Below, piece after piece: positions 28,043 through 40,661 of a DNA stretch of 64,000 bases. The translations under genes were made by a program, and so were the position numbers. The DNA comes from Octopus vulgaris. Its lineage: Eukaryota. The notes under the pieces were generated by a model that saw only the letters and a program-made list of their open reading frames with translations, was not told where the DNA came from and searched no databases. Every line of letters starts with the position of its first letter. The stretch's first letter is position 1. The DNA lies in assembly GCA_951406725.2 (NCBI GenBank), contig OX597816.1, positions 139,934,001-139,998,000 on the forward strand, written 5' to 3'.

Positions 28043-28236
28043 CAGTGGCGTATGGTGGTTGTTGTATTGGGTGTGGCAGCACACCCAATGCCACCAAATT
28101 TCAAGCAGAGGTATAACAAAAGATTTTCATTAAGATTTGCGATTAAATTAATGAGTAAGGTAAATATTTATAATGAATTTGCCATTTTCGATGGGTGTGC
28201 AGCGCACACATAATGCACCCGGAATATACGCCCCTG
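28043..28236. mobile_element. hAT-like MITE
   Basis: Termini CAGTGGCGTAT / ATACGCCCCTG; imperfect 8-bp TSD ATACACAT / ACGCACAT. Confidence 0.6.
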
Positions 28237-28302
28237 ACGCACATTCACATAGATCGCTAGCCACTACACATTCTTTATTTTCTCTCCTTGTTTCTTTCTG
28301 TT

Positions 28303-28340
28303 TCTTTCTGTGGAAGAGCGTAGGCTCGAAACGTTAAAGA
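28303..28340 (+). ncRNA. Minimal hammerhead-like motif (CUGUGGA variant core)
   Basis: UCUUU-CUGUGGA-A-GAGC(guag)GCUC-GAAAC-GUU-AAAGA; stem I covaries relative to the 9793 and 40296 copies. Confidence 0.55.
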
Positions 28341-29196
28341 CTTTTTCACTTCCCGAGCGTTATACTAATACATCTATTTGTTATCTACACCACCTGTCTT
28401 CGTCTTTTGTTGTTTTTTTTTTGTGAATTTTCCGTATATATGTATGTATATGTGCATATATGTACACGAGGCAGACATCAATACAGGTTCCATCTTATCA
28501 AATTCACTCACAGACACTGCTCGACTCGGAGGTATAGTAGAAGACTTTTGCCCAAAAGGTGTCACACAATGGAATTAGAAATGAGGCTATGTAGTTGGAG
28601 AGCGAACTTTTTAATCAGTCAAACATGCCTGCGCATATAATAATTTTTAAATAAATTTAATAAACATGATCGTTATAATTTCTTACATAAGCACAAGGCC
28701 ATAAATTTGAAGTATTGTTTCCCAATTAACTCGATCCTAGTACTTGAATCGCACATTATTTTATCGAGTCCGAAAGGATGAGAACAAAGTTGGTATATGT
28801 CGGAATTTGAACTCAAAACGTAAAAGCTGAAGCAAATACCGAAAGGTGTTTTGTCCGACACTCAAACGGTTCTACCAAACCAGCTAATGACCTCTAACAT
28901 GGGCACGGGTCAAACACTCTGGATGAGAGTGAGGGATGCCGTTCTTATGTTAGGATTATATCGACGCGTGTTCTTCATTAATAGTCTAATGATCATGGAA
29001 TAATGAAAGAAAACCGCGATCTCGGCAGCAGCATTTTAACTCAACAAAGTTTCACAAAGAAGTTAATCTACCACTCTACCATTCCTTCCACTCCACCAAC
29101 TTTTACCATGTGTACTGTGATGTCTTGCACGAATTTTTCCATGTGTGTGACAAAAACAGCAAAACAGTGAGAATCGGAAGTTTACTCAGAAGTGTT

Positions 29197-29570
29197 TAGT
29201 GCCGTGGAAAAAGGTAAGGATTGCCGTAGTCTTGTCTTCTTATATGATAAGTTTGTTTGACTGATGCATACGACAATAGCTTATATTCGCTTCACAGGTT
29301 TACTTACATTCTGACGGCTACTCTTCAATACAATTTTATAGCCGGTTGAAAATGAAAGTATCATGGTTCGACGTTTGATATTTAAAAATACGCCCCGACT
29401 AATTTACTTGGTTTATCGTAAATGCTACTCTGGCTTCAAAATATTGAACTTTTTCTTAACCTCACGCCTGAACTTTAACTTCTTGAGGCCAAGTAGATCT
29501 GTGTGTAGGACACGGATAATATTATCTTGTTGAAGAAATACTTAAGATAACGAGTCATCCCTCAGAACTT
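29197..29570 (-). promoter_or_regulatory. Triplicated cassette, module B copy 3 (46-nt exon 29353-29308)
   Basis: TTTTAAATA, CTTTCATTT and AAT|GTAAGTAAAC; homologous flanks. Confidence 0.6.
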
Positions 29571-30001
29571 AAAATGAGGCTCTTGATTAGACAGATTGCG
29601 ACGTTAAAATCAGTTTAGTTAGCCGGTTCTCAGGCTTGAGTTTTATTATTCGGTGGTAGCCATATCATTTCATTGACATCGAGAACCTCAGATACATGAT
29701 AATAAATAATAATAATGAAAATAATGATAAAGGGTGTTTACAACATATACGTCGAGGATTTAGTATTTTACAATGACTTTCTTTCACCTGACGACGTAGC
29801 TTAAATTCTGCATTATTTTGAAGGATTTTTTGCATTTTGCATTAATGCAGACATGTAAGTAATTTATTTATTTTCAAATATAATAACATAAATTATTTAC
29901 ATGTTTTTAAGTTACGAAACAATTTGTCGTGGTATTAGAATTTTCTTATTGTTAAATAAAATTTCATCAAACTACTTCTCTGTCATTTATGACTTTATAT
30001 A

Positions 30002-31011
30002 TTGGGTTGGCAACTAAGTTCCCGCCGTTTTTTTAAATTTTAATATTTAAAAAGGTTTAATAAAAAATAACAACTAATTAATCAATAATGAATTCAATCC
30101 TTGTTGTTTACAACTTCTTCCCAACGTTCAACAAGATTTTCAATACCTCGTTGGTAGAAATCACCCGATATCGACTCGAAAAATTGATCCACCCAAGCTC
30201 TCAATTCTGCATCAGTATTGAACGAAACTCCGCGCATAGCATTTGAATGAGATCGAAAGCGATAGAAATCCGTTGGTGCCAAATCAGAAGAGTACAGCGG
30301 GTGTGGCAGCACTTCCCAACCATGCGTTTGAATGGCTTCCTTTGTCATATTGGCGATATGAGAGCGGGCGTTGCTTGTGTCCATGAGTTGAGCGGTGACG
30401 AGCAAGCAAACCAGCGGAGATTGTGGATCGTTGGTTTTTGTTATTGTCACTTAAAGCATGCGGAACCCATGTTTCATACTTCTGAACCGTTCCCATCGAA
30501 TGAAGATGTTTTTCTATAGCAGTGTGAGAGCATTCCATTTTCTCTGCCAGTTCCCTTGTCGTTTGATGAGAATTTTCGTGCAAAAGTTGGTTTAATCGCT
30601 CTTCATCGAATTCAACTGGACGGCCAGAATGAGTGCATCTTTGAGGTCAAAATTTCCATTTTTGAACTTGGCATACTAATCACGAGCGGTTCTTTCAGCT
30701 ATGGCACCCTCTCCATACACAGCACAAATGTCACGAGCAGCTTTTGCGGCCTTAGAACCTTGATTAAAAGCAAAAAGAAGGGAATGTCGAAAATGCTCGT
30801 TTTTCTTAACCTGACATTCCATTTTAATCATCTGAAAATAGACAAAAATTAACTAAAATTAACTAGGAAAAAAGAAACAAACAAACAAAAGACAAAACAG
30901 ATTCCAAAATGATCCAAAAATAGAATTCTCGAAAAAAATAGTTTCGAAAATTTAAAAACGCAATAAATTCCAAAATTTTAAAAAACGGCAGAGACTTAGT
31001 TGCCAACCCAA
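30002..31011 (-). mobile_element. Internally deleted mariner (mellifera-subfamily-like)
   Basis: TIRs TTGGGTTGGCAACTAAGT, TA TSD, transposase remnants MECQVKKNEHFRH (ATG 30822), WVPHAL and HPLYSSDLAPTDF; catalytic core partly missing. Confidence 0.92.
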
Positions 31012-31047
31012 TATATATAAAATATAGGACAATCAGCAAGTTGTCAT

Positions 31048-31109
31048 AATAATACTCAGAGTTTCAAATAACGGAGCAGAAATCTTCTAGGCATTTTTCA
31101 TCAGTTATT
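31048..31109 (-). ncRNA. Minimal type I hammerhead ribozyme
   Basis: AAUAA-CUGAUGA-a-AAAU..AUUU-GAAAC-ucuga-GUA-UUAUU; quasi-palindromic stem III ACUC-U-GAGU. Confidence 0.7.
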
Positions 31110-31387
31110 AAGACAAGAACGCTATAAAGAACCGTTGAAGAAAGGGAAGTTACTCTAACAGGCGTGGAAAAATAAAAGTAAAAGATATAAAATATAGAAT
31201 ATATAAAAATATATATTTCAGTGCAAATGGTTTTGTTATACGGCGCCGTATTTTACAATCCCCTAAATAATAATAATGGTATTTTTTATATAAGCTTAAA
31301 GCTTATGGTGATCACTATGCAATAACTAAGGAAAATAGTCTAATAACGGGGTATATAAGCCCTCGACAGAAAAAAAGGAGGCTTTCC

Positions 31388-31460
31388 TATCCGCGTGGGA
31401 CACGAACCCACATCCCTTTGTTATCGCGACTAAGAGTGTTACCTATATATACAAAAGAGT
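31388..31460 (-). pseudogene. Degenerate tRNA-like sequence / SINE head
   Basis: T-arm GTGGG-TTCGTGT-CCCAC and a downstream T7 run; acceptor and anticodon stems do not pair. Confidence 0.35.
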
Positions 31461-32314
31461 GGAGGGGTAAATTATAAATCTAATAAAAGGTATGAAATAT
31501 AACATGATCATGAAGAAACGAAAAGAATTAATCATAAAAATAATTATGGTAATTATATAAATAATAAACTACGGGAAAATCTAATATTTAGAAATCAAAG
31601 ATTAAGAAATTAATCAAATATAAGGTTAAGCTATTGCGGATTAAATTTGAAAGGTGCTGGACCTAATTAGACAGAAAGGAAATCCGTAATAATCTTCATG
31701 GACAATGTAATTAAAGAAATAGAATGCTAAGTAATTCAAGAAATAATAAATATCGAATAATCCTGTTTTCAGACACAGGTATTTAAAAACATATATAGAG
31801 AAACAGGTGCAAAGGCGTATATAAAATATAGGATTACAAGTATAACAGGGATAAACCGATGAATAATTCTCTCTCTCTCTCTCTCTCTCTCTGTCACACA
31901 CACACACATACACACATTCACACAAACTTCTTTCTCCTTCTCTGTCTGTCTATGTGCCTCTCTTACTCTCTTACTCTCTCTCTCTCTCTGCCTCTGTCTC
32001 TTTCTTTGTCTGTCTCTCTCCCTTCTCTCCCTCCCTCTCTCATGAACAAACAGTCTGTGTTGCTTATTATACACATGACTAGACTAAATACCTGGCGTTA
32101 CCTGGAATTGTCGTTAATGTCGCAACGTTATTTATTTCAATTATGGTGAAACTTCTGAACGAAACATCGGTAAACTATCAAACTAAATATCACATTTTCT
32201 TATATGTTAACCCATTAAAGACCATACATAATTCAACTACGAATATTATTTATAAATCTTTAGATTTTTTTGAGCCCCTAAAAGGCTCTTTGATTATATT
32301 TCTCCTGTTATATT

Positions 32315-32622
32315 GTGAAGGCGCGTAGCTTAGTGGTCAGGGTATTCGGCTCAAAGAGTGAGTTCGATTCCATGCGGTGTGCTCTTTATTGAGCATGACA
32401 CTTTATTTCATGTTGTTTCAGTCCACTCAGCTGGTAAATATGAGCTGTATAAGAAAAGACCAGCCTTGCCACAATATGTGTTACGCTGAACCTCCTTGAG
32501 TACTACGTTCAGAGTTCGCTTGTTTGAGGAGTGCTCAGCCACTTGCACGTCAATTTCACAAGCAGGCTGTTTCGTTGATAGGATCAATTGGAACACTCCT
32601 CGACGTAACCGACGGAGCGCCA
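32315..32622 (+). mobile_element. Third tRNA-derived SINE family, diverged copy
   Basis: Similar to 51297-51666 (GTGCTCAGCCACTT.CACGT.AATTTCAC.AGCAGGCTGTT..CCGACGGAG); another copy at 54910-55202. Confidence 0.8.
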
Positions 32623-32759
32623 GCTAAAATATCAACTTTTATTTATTCTAGGAGAATACTGTACATATGAAGTATATTGCAAAAGAAACACAAAAGGCGG
32701 CGAGCTGGCAGAAACGTTAGCACGCCGGGGGAAATACTTAGCGGTATTTCAGTTCTTGC

Positions 32760-33521
32760 AACCATTCAGCATCCTTATTGTACTCCTTGTCTTTGTTCCA
32801 GATGTCACTCCAAAACCTTTAACTTCAATGTTATCTGGTATCAACTTTTCATCTGTACATTCTCCATTTATTTCTTTGTAGAATCTTTTCTGATCTACTC
32901 TGAATAACCCATTCTGCTGGTATCTCTTCATTCTTTGGTCGTATCTTACCATTCGATGCAATACCAAATAGGTTCATACATTCCATAATCCAAGAATGTG
33001 GGCTCGTATCGTATGCCTTATGATAGTCGATCCATGACATGGCTAAGTTACTGTGTGCCTTGGGTATGTGCGTTGGTTTGTTGTGATGCTCTTATTTTTA
33101 CTGCATTGAAAGTGTTTTATGTAGGATGTGTGCGGTTCCTAGTAGTGCTATTTTCTGTATGTTATATATACTTGTTAGTCCTGGTGTTTTTTTATGTATT
33201 TGTGTGAATATTTTTTTTAATCATACTTATTGCGCCTACCATGATATGAATTATTTCTGTTTTCAGAATCCACATTCAATTTACCTCTATTTGCAGGTCT
33301 TTGTATTTTGCAAGTTTCTTCGTCTCTTTTAGAGAAACATTGTCATCTGTTGGTATCGATACATCGATTAGAAAACATCTTTTTTTCTTGATGATTTCTG
33401 ACAACTATATCCGATTTATTGGCTTAAATTTCCCTCTCTATCTGTGTATTGGCATATCTCGTAGTATGTATGGTTGGTTTTTCATTTTCAGTGACCATTT
33501 CTGGCATGTGCCTATACCATC

Positions 33522-33525
<4 letters not shown>
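32760..33525 (-). mobile_element. R4/Dong-like LINE fragments next to (TAA)n
   Basis: WIDYHKAYD..PHSWIMEC RT motif and an RLE C-terminus homologous to 14190-14820. Confidence 0.8.
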
Positions 33526-33570
<45 letters not shown>

Positions 33571-34059
33571 CATTATTATTATTATTATTATTATTATTTT
33601 GAAATAGAATTCTGAAACGAAATTTTTTGAAACAACAATCCAAAGATGAAAACATTATGGCTGGTTGCGTGCTCCCCAACTGAGAAGAGTGGAAAATAAA
33701 AATATATTTGAGCTTCTAAAAAAATCTTTTTGAAAACAACTCAAATTTGCTTAAAATCTAAAGATCCTAAGAAATTAGCGATGCATAAGTGTCGTTCGAT
33801 TTTTCTAAGTGTTAAATGATATCATTACATACATATACTTACACACATACATTCATACACATAGACACACACACATACATACATACATACATACATACAT
33901 ACATACATACATACATACATACATACATACATACATACATACTACGAACGTACATACGTATGTACGAACGTATGTATTACGTTATCCTAAAACATTGGCA
34001 TGAAAAAGTAGCCTTAGAATTGTAGTAGACGCGTCACATCACACCTTGAAAGGCGCACC

Positions 34060-34560
34060 TTTGTTGCTAAGGTACAGGAGATTCTAAATACTTCATCAAT
34101 AAGATAAGGATGCCCCTAAGCAAAATGAATATCGATTGTATGAGTGTGACAGTTATCACATCTTTAGCAACTGTCCAAAAATACCCGCAAGGTATGAAAT
34201 ACTCATGAGATATATTGTTGCTAAAACCATTTACAATGTTGTCTGCAAGTTTTGATTTCATGGCCATTCCAAAGGCACACCAAAACCAAAATGTATCCAA
34301 ATGAGGAATATTCGTTTAATATTCCAATAACAGCTGAAAATCCGGGTCAAATGCAATAAATCTGATATTACTCTGTTGGATGGGCAGATTCACTATCACT
34401 GTGTAGCTTACCTACTGCTATAGAGATCAGCTATCGGTAATAGTGAATGTCTCCATTAAATTTTAGAATAGATGAAATTCTTTGGAGAACTAATAGAAAT
34501 TTATACCCTGGCAAGTGATTTTTCTTTGTACCCAGGGCTTGTAAGAGCCCGTTGAAGTCT
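34060..34560 (+). mobile_element. Old R4/Dong-like LINE fragment
   Basis: HIFSNCPK..VAKTIYN..KSDITLLD..IEISY..VNVSIK, collinear with the 5790-6330 element. Confidence 0.55.
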
Positions 34561-34624
34561 CAAGCGATGATGTGGCCAGACACAGACATAAATATCGCTC
34601 AAACACGCACACAGAGACACACAC

Positions 34625-34660
<36 letters not shown>

Positions 34661-35182
34661 GATGGGCTTCTTTCAGTTTCCGTCTATCAAATCCACTGAC
34701 AAGGCTTTGGTCAGCTCCAGGCTATAGTAAAAGACGTTTGCCCGAAGTGCCACGCAATTGCACAAAACCCGGAACCATGTGGTTGTGAACAAAGTTCTTA
34801 TCACATGGTTACGCCTGCGCCTTATATTTAAAATTGAATAAAAAGAAACAATCATAGATATAAATAAACGAATAACATCTGGCATTGGGTGCAGGTTGTC
34901 TGCAACATTTTAACAGCACCAGACGATCATTCGCAGTGATCTGTGAACTGTTTAGAAATGGCTCAAAGTACAACCAGCAATACTGCCCGTTTAGACAAAG
35001 ACATTGTCATCGTAAAACTGTGGGAAAGTTTCAAAGACAGATGTGACGAGGCAGCGAGGTTAGGTTGGAGTCAACAGGGGTTAGAAGAGGTGGGAATAGT
35101 GTGAGTTTGAGTGAAATGGGAGGAGTTATTGTTGCGCTTTGATTAAGGTTTTATTTCTTACGTCTGTTTCTCGCTTAATAAA

Positions 35183-35249
<67 letters not shown>

Positions 35250-35659
35250 ATATCTGTGCTTTTCGTTTTGTTGTTATTCTATTTTTAAAGCTGAAACTGA
35301 AACGGAATGAAAAATTTTCCCAGGAACTAAAGATAAAATATATAATTAAATTAAAATAGAAACCAAAAATGGTAATGTGCTATATTCACATACACGCACG
35401 CGTACATGCACATAAATGCAATTTGTGAGTGTGTGCGCGTGGATATGTATGTGTATGTGTGTGCGCACGTGTGTACACTCAAAAATACTTTCATACATAC
35501 ATATAATGTGTGCGGGGGGTTGGTATGTGTGTGCATATGTATGTATGTGTGTATGTGTTAGTTAGCATGCAAATGTGTATATACCTATATATTTGCATGT
35601 GTTTGTGTGCGTGTGTGTGCACGCGTGGCCGTATGTTTAAGAAGTGGCATATATATATT

Positions 35660-36070
35660 TCTTTACTGCCCAGAAGGGGCTAAACATAAAGGGAACAAAC
35701 AAGGACAGACAAAGGGATTGAGTCGATTATATCGCCCCCAGAGCGAAACTGGTACTTTATTTATTGTCCCCGAAAGGATGAAAGGTAAAGTTGACCTCGG
35801 CGGAATTTGAACTCAGAACGTAACAACAGACGAAATACCTATTTCTTTATTACCCACAAGGGGCTAAACACAGAGGAGACAAACAAGGACAGACATAGGT
35901 ATTAAGTCGATTACATCAACCCCAGTGCGTAACTGGTACTTAATTTATCGACCCCGAAAGGATGAAAGGTAAAGTTGACCTCGGCGGAATTTGAACTCAG
36001 AACGTAACAACAGACGAAATACCGCTAAGCATTTCGCTCGGCGCGCTAACGTGTCTGCCAGCTCGCCGCC
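35660..36070 (-). mobile_element. Head-to-tail dimer of the Tx1-tailed Meta-type SINE
   Basis: Full monomer followed by a 5'-truncated ~180-bp second unit, junction AAAGAAATAG|GTATTTCGTC. Confidence 0.85.
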
Positions 36071-36825
36071 AATATATAGTGCCATATATAGCAGGCATTC
36101 TCAGTCTCTGGAAGAAGAGTAAATTTTGTTTTTGCATCCCTTCACACCTGCGTCTGCGGGCCACCGACACTTCCATCTCTCTTAATATCAATTACATGGG
36201 TTGGGTTTAGCTTGCAGTGTTCCATGTTGGTCAACTATATTCTACTATAGCTGCTTTAAGCTGACCAATGCTTTGGGAGCGAAATTTGTTAACGGAACCT
36301 GTGTGGAAGCCTATGCGTGTGTTTGTAACATACGTAGTATGTATGTATGTATGTATATATGTATATATGTATGTATGTATGTATGTATAGGTTTGTATGT
36401 ATGCTTGTGTGTATATATGTATGTACGTATTATGTGTGTGTGTGTGTGTATGTGTGTCTGTGCAGTTGCGTGTATATTTGTGTATGTATGTGTGCGTGTG
36501 CGTGAGAAAGAGAAAGCGAGAAAAAGAAAGAGAAAAAGAAAAAGAAAAAAATTAAAGTGGAAGAGTAAGAGACAGTGAGGGAGACCGGAATGTTATGAGG
36601 GAGAGTGTATAAGTAAGTCAGTAACTGTTACTAATACCAAAATAATATGACAACTAGAGACTACTCTATTTCAGGGCGTTGAGTACAGTACGGTCGTAGA
36701 ATTACAACAGACTGCAGCAGTTGTCATAATTTACAGGAACTACACTTAGATGTCATCGCTCCCTCCACACTATCTTTCTTTCTTTCTTTCTCACTTTCTT
36801 TCTTTCTTTCTTCCTTTCTTTCTCA

Positions 36826-36879
<54 letters not shown>

Positions 36880-36944
36880 CAGTCTCTCTCTCTCTCTTAA
36901 TCTTTCTCTCAAACTTTTCTCTCTCACACCTACACATAGCTATG

Positions 36945-37003
<59 letters not shown>

Positions 37004-37145
37004 ATACGCATGCATAAAGCGAACATAATATATCCATATACACACGCACATATATATTATGCACATGCATATTCAAAATTTTTAGTCATTTTTAGTCATT
37101 GAACTTCGGCCATTCTTGAGCACTGCCTTGAACTGCTTAGCCGAA

Positions 37146-39999
37146 CAGGGGTCTCCAAAGTACGGCCCGCGGGCCGGATTCGGCCCGCCAAGGTTTTTAA
37201 TCCGGCCCGCCGAGCTGTCCTCCAAAATTATAAAACAAATGTCGAAAAACAAGCCTTGCCGAAATCTTACAAAAACAAATATACTTTACACCCCTTTTAA
37301 TACGTTTGACAAATATAGTACAGCAAATAGACGCAAGACGACGCTAATTGATTTGCCATCAATTAATGTCTTTAAATTGCGCCGGCGAATTAAAAATTTA
37401 TACACTAAACTTTAGTGTAAATATAGGTTCTTTTCCACTCCCCCGTTTTAACTGACCCATCAGAACCACCATAAAATGAATTAACTTCGCTATGGAGCTA
37501 CCTATCATTCATCTTAGATAATAGGCGATTGTCAGTGAGATGGATGGTGCTGCTTACAATGAAGCATAGATTCAATTTCTAGCTTTATTGATGTCGCAGA
37601 AAAGTCAACCTATTCCGTCAACTGTCGAGAGAGCAGATACGACAAGTATGACGTTAATAAAAGTCCCGTGCCTAGTATAATAAAAGAAGACAAATATCGA
37701 TTTATCGATGTTACCTACATCTCACGAGCGATGAATAGAGAGGGTTGAGCCTGACGTTGTGTGGTGGTTTCTAATCCTGGTGCAGTCGCCAATCAGCGTG
37801 GAGTAAAGTTCGATGCTCATTCCGTCAGTCAGCACAGACTTGGCGTTTTCGTTGTGCACAAGTGTGAGTCATTTGTCGTCGTCGCTGCCGAAGTGAATGC
37901 ACGTATCGAGTGACCTGTGAATATTGTTTTTACTTGTTTCGTCCTTTTACATATATCGTCGAGCAAAATCTGTCGACCCATGGTAAAAATGTTAGCTCAA
38001 GGAAGAAAACGAAAAATCGACTCTGAGTGTAGAGTTTTTAAGGAACAATGGAACATAGACTATTTTGTCATAGAGTCAAACAACAAGGCACTATGCGTTA
38101 TATGCACCGACACAATTGCAGTACTTAAAGAGTACAACATTCGGAGACATTATGAAAAAAAGCATTCATCACAGTACTACCAATTCATTGGACAGCTACG
38201 TAAAGAGAAATTTGACAAATTAAAGAAGAATTTATCATCAATGCAGTTTGTTTTCAAGAAGAAGGCTGTAGAAAAAGAGAGAGCAACAAGAGCAAGCTTC
38301 CATGTTGCTAACCTTTTGGCGAAGAAAGGTAAGCCATTTACAGATGGTGAACTTATTAAAAAGTGCTTGAATGAGGTAGCTAAGGAAATGTGTCCAGAAA
38401 ACGTAGATTTATTTTCCGCAATTAGTCTTTCTGCGAACACTGTTGCTCGTAGGGTTGAACATATTGAAAGAAATATTAAATCACAGCTAAAAGACAAAGC
38501 CAGCAAGTTTGTATGCTTTTCTGTTGCACTTGATGAGTCAATTGATGTATCAGACACATCCCAATTGTTATTGTTCATCAGAGGAATAAATGCCAATTTT
38601 GAGATTACTGAGGAACTTGTATCTGTGCACAGCATGCATGGAACAACAACATGCATAGATATTTTTAGAGAAGTGGAAAAGTCAGTGGCTGAGTATAATT
38701 TGGAATGGAAAAAACTAAAATGCATAACAACAGATGGTGGCAGAAATATGTGTGGAACCAAAAAGGGCTTAGTTGGGCAAATTAACAAAGTAATTGAGAA
38801 TTCCGGTGGATTGAAACCTTTGGTATTGCATTGTATTCTTCATCAGCAAGCACTGTGTGGAAAGCATCTTGATTTATCATCTGTATTAGATCCTGTGATT
38901 TCCACTGTTAACTACATAAGATCTCATGGACTCAAACATCGCCAATTTCGTGATTTCTTGGAGGAAATGAATGCTGAGTTTCCAGACCTACCTTACTATA
39001 CTTCAGTAAGATGGCTTAGCTATGGAAAAATTCTGGCTAGATTTTTTGAGCTTCGAACTGAAATTGAAATATTTTTAAATGAGAAAAACCATTCACAGGT
39101 GTTACTCAAAGACAGTGAATGGCTCTGGAAATTAGCATTTTCAGCCGATTTAACTATGCATCTCAATGATTTCAACCTACGGATACAAGGTGAAACTTCA
39201 CTCATCTGTGATTTGTACTCAAAGGTGAAAGCTTTTCGTAAGAAATTAATACTATTTGAAAGTCAGTTAACAAGAAGCTGCTTTACTCATTTTTCACGAT
39301 GTGACAAATATAGACAGGAAGCTGCCACTCCATTTCCAAACTTGTTTGCTCAAGATGTCATTTTAGCTTTGAAACAACAGTTTGAAGAACGTTTTTCTGA
39401 TCTTGATGCATGTTCTTCAAAACTAAGAATTTTTGAAAATCCATTTAACTCTGTTATTGGAGACTTACCTTCTGAGTTACAAATGGAAGTTATTGATTTG
39501 CAATCCAATGACATCCTGAAGGACAAATATAAAGAGGAAATTTGATTGAATTCTACAAATGCCTTCCATCCGACCAATTTCTTCATTTAAGGAGGTTTGC
39601 CTGTGAATTCATTTCAGTTTTTGGCACCACATATTTGTGTGAGAAGACTTTTCAAAGATGAAATACACAAAATCCTGCTACAGATCACAATTGTCTGATG
39701 AACATTTAAATGCATTGCTTGTTATTGGAACCACTCATTTTGAACCTCAGTTGGACAAAATTTTGTCAGAAATGAAACAATTTCATGTTTCCCCTATTGA
39801 TCAAAGTTAAAAAAAACATGTTAATTGTTACTGATATTATATACATTGTGATTATGTACTGAATAAATAACCTTTTTTAATTATTAATTCACTATTTATT
39901 TATATTATTTTGGTAAAATAAATAATTTAGAACCTTGGCCCCCGTAGCTTTAAAAATTCAGCAATGTGGCCCTCCGCTGGAAAACTTTGGAGACCCCTG
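37146..39999 (+). mobile_element. Full-length hAT DNA transposon (SPIN/Charlie/GTF2IRD2-like) inserted in a CORE SINE
   Basis: Perfect 15-bp TIR CAGGGGTCTCCAAAG, subterminal GGCCC repeats, flanking duplication GCTTAGCCGAA. Confidence 0.95.
37980..39810 (+). pseudogene. hAT transposase, open for ~520 codons then two frameshifts (~39535, ~39650)
   Basis: KRKIDSECRVF, BED-finger C..C..RRHY..KH, ALDES.D..D..QL, TTDG, HCILHQQAL, VRWLS, FGTTYLCE. Confidence 0.92.
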
Positions 40000-40145
40000 G
40001 CTTAGCCGAACAAATTGACCACAATACTTATTTTTAAGTCTGGTGCATATTCTGTCATTCTCTATTTGGTTAACCGTTAAGTTATGGGCACGTAAATAAA
40101 CCTACCTTGATTGTCAAACGGTGGGGACAAACAAAAGCTCAAAGG

Positions 40146-40192
<47 letters not shown>

Positions 40193-40295
40193 GTGTGTGT
40201 GTATGTATATATATATATTCAATATGTGACCGCGTGTGTATCGTTGGCGATTTTCTTTCTCCGTCTTCCCTTCCTTGGACCTTTTCTTTTTCTAT

Positions 40296-40330
40296 GTTTC
40301 TGACGAAGAGCTCCGCTCGAAACGTTAAAT
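40296..40330 (+). ncRNA. Minimal type I hammerhead ribozyme motif in a Penelope-type terminal fragment (40225-40420)
   Basis: GUUU-CUGACGA-A-GAGC(ucc)GCUC-GAAAC-GUU-AAAU; same family as the 9710-9910 fragment. Confidence 0.7.
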
Positions 40331-40612
40331 CCTCCTTCTTTCTTTCCTCTCTTGAGCGTCCTATAACACTATACTTGTTCCAAGTCCTTGCGTTGTTGTG
40401 TTTTCTTATGTTTGGATTAACTATATATATATATTTCTCCAACGAGGAGAAAAAAGCAGAGCAAACGGAAAACTAGACGAAAATTTAACGGACGGGAAAT
40501 TTAGGCAAATACAGGATACACGGAATATTCGCAGCTGATTTTTCCTCGTCAGTCAATGACCCAAAATATCCTGGTGGATTCGTGGCATTTACCATTATGC
40601 TCTCTGTGTGCA

Positions 40613-40661
<49 letters not shown>

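Noticed and set aside
38177-38788. 203-aa minus-strand ORF, and similar antisense ORFs over the Tx1 elements
   Set aside because: Antisense shadows of transposase and RT reading frames
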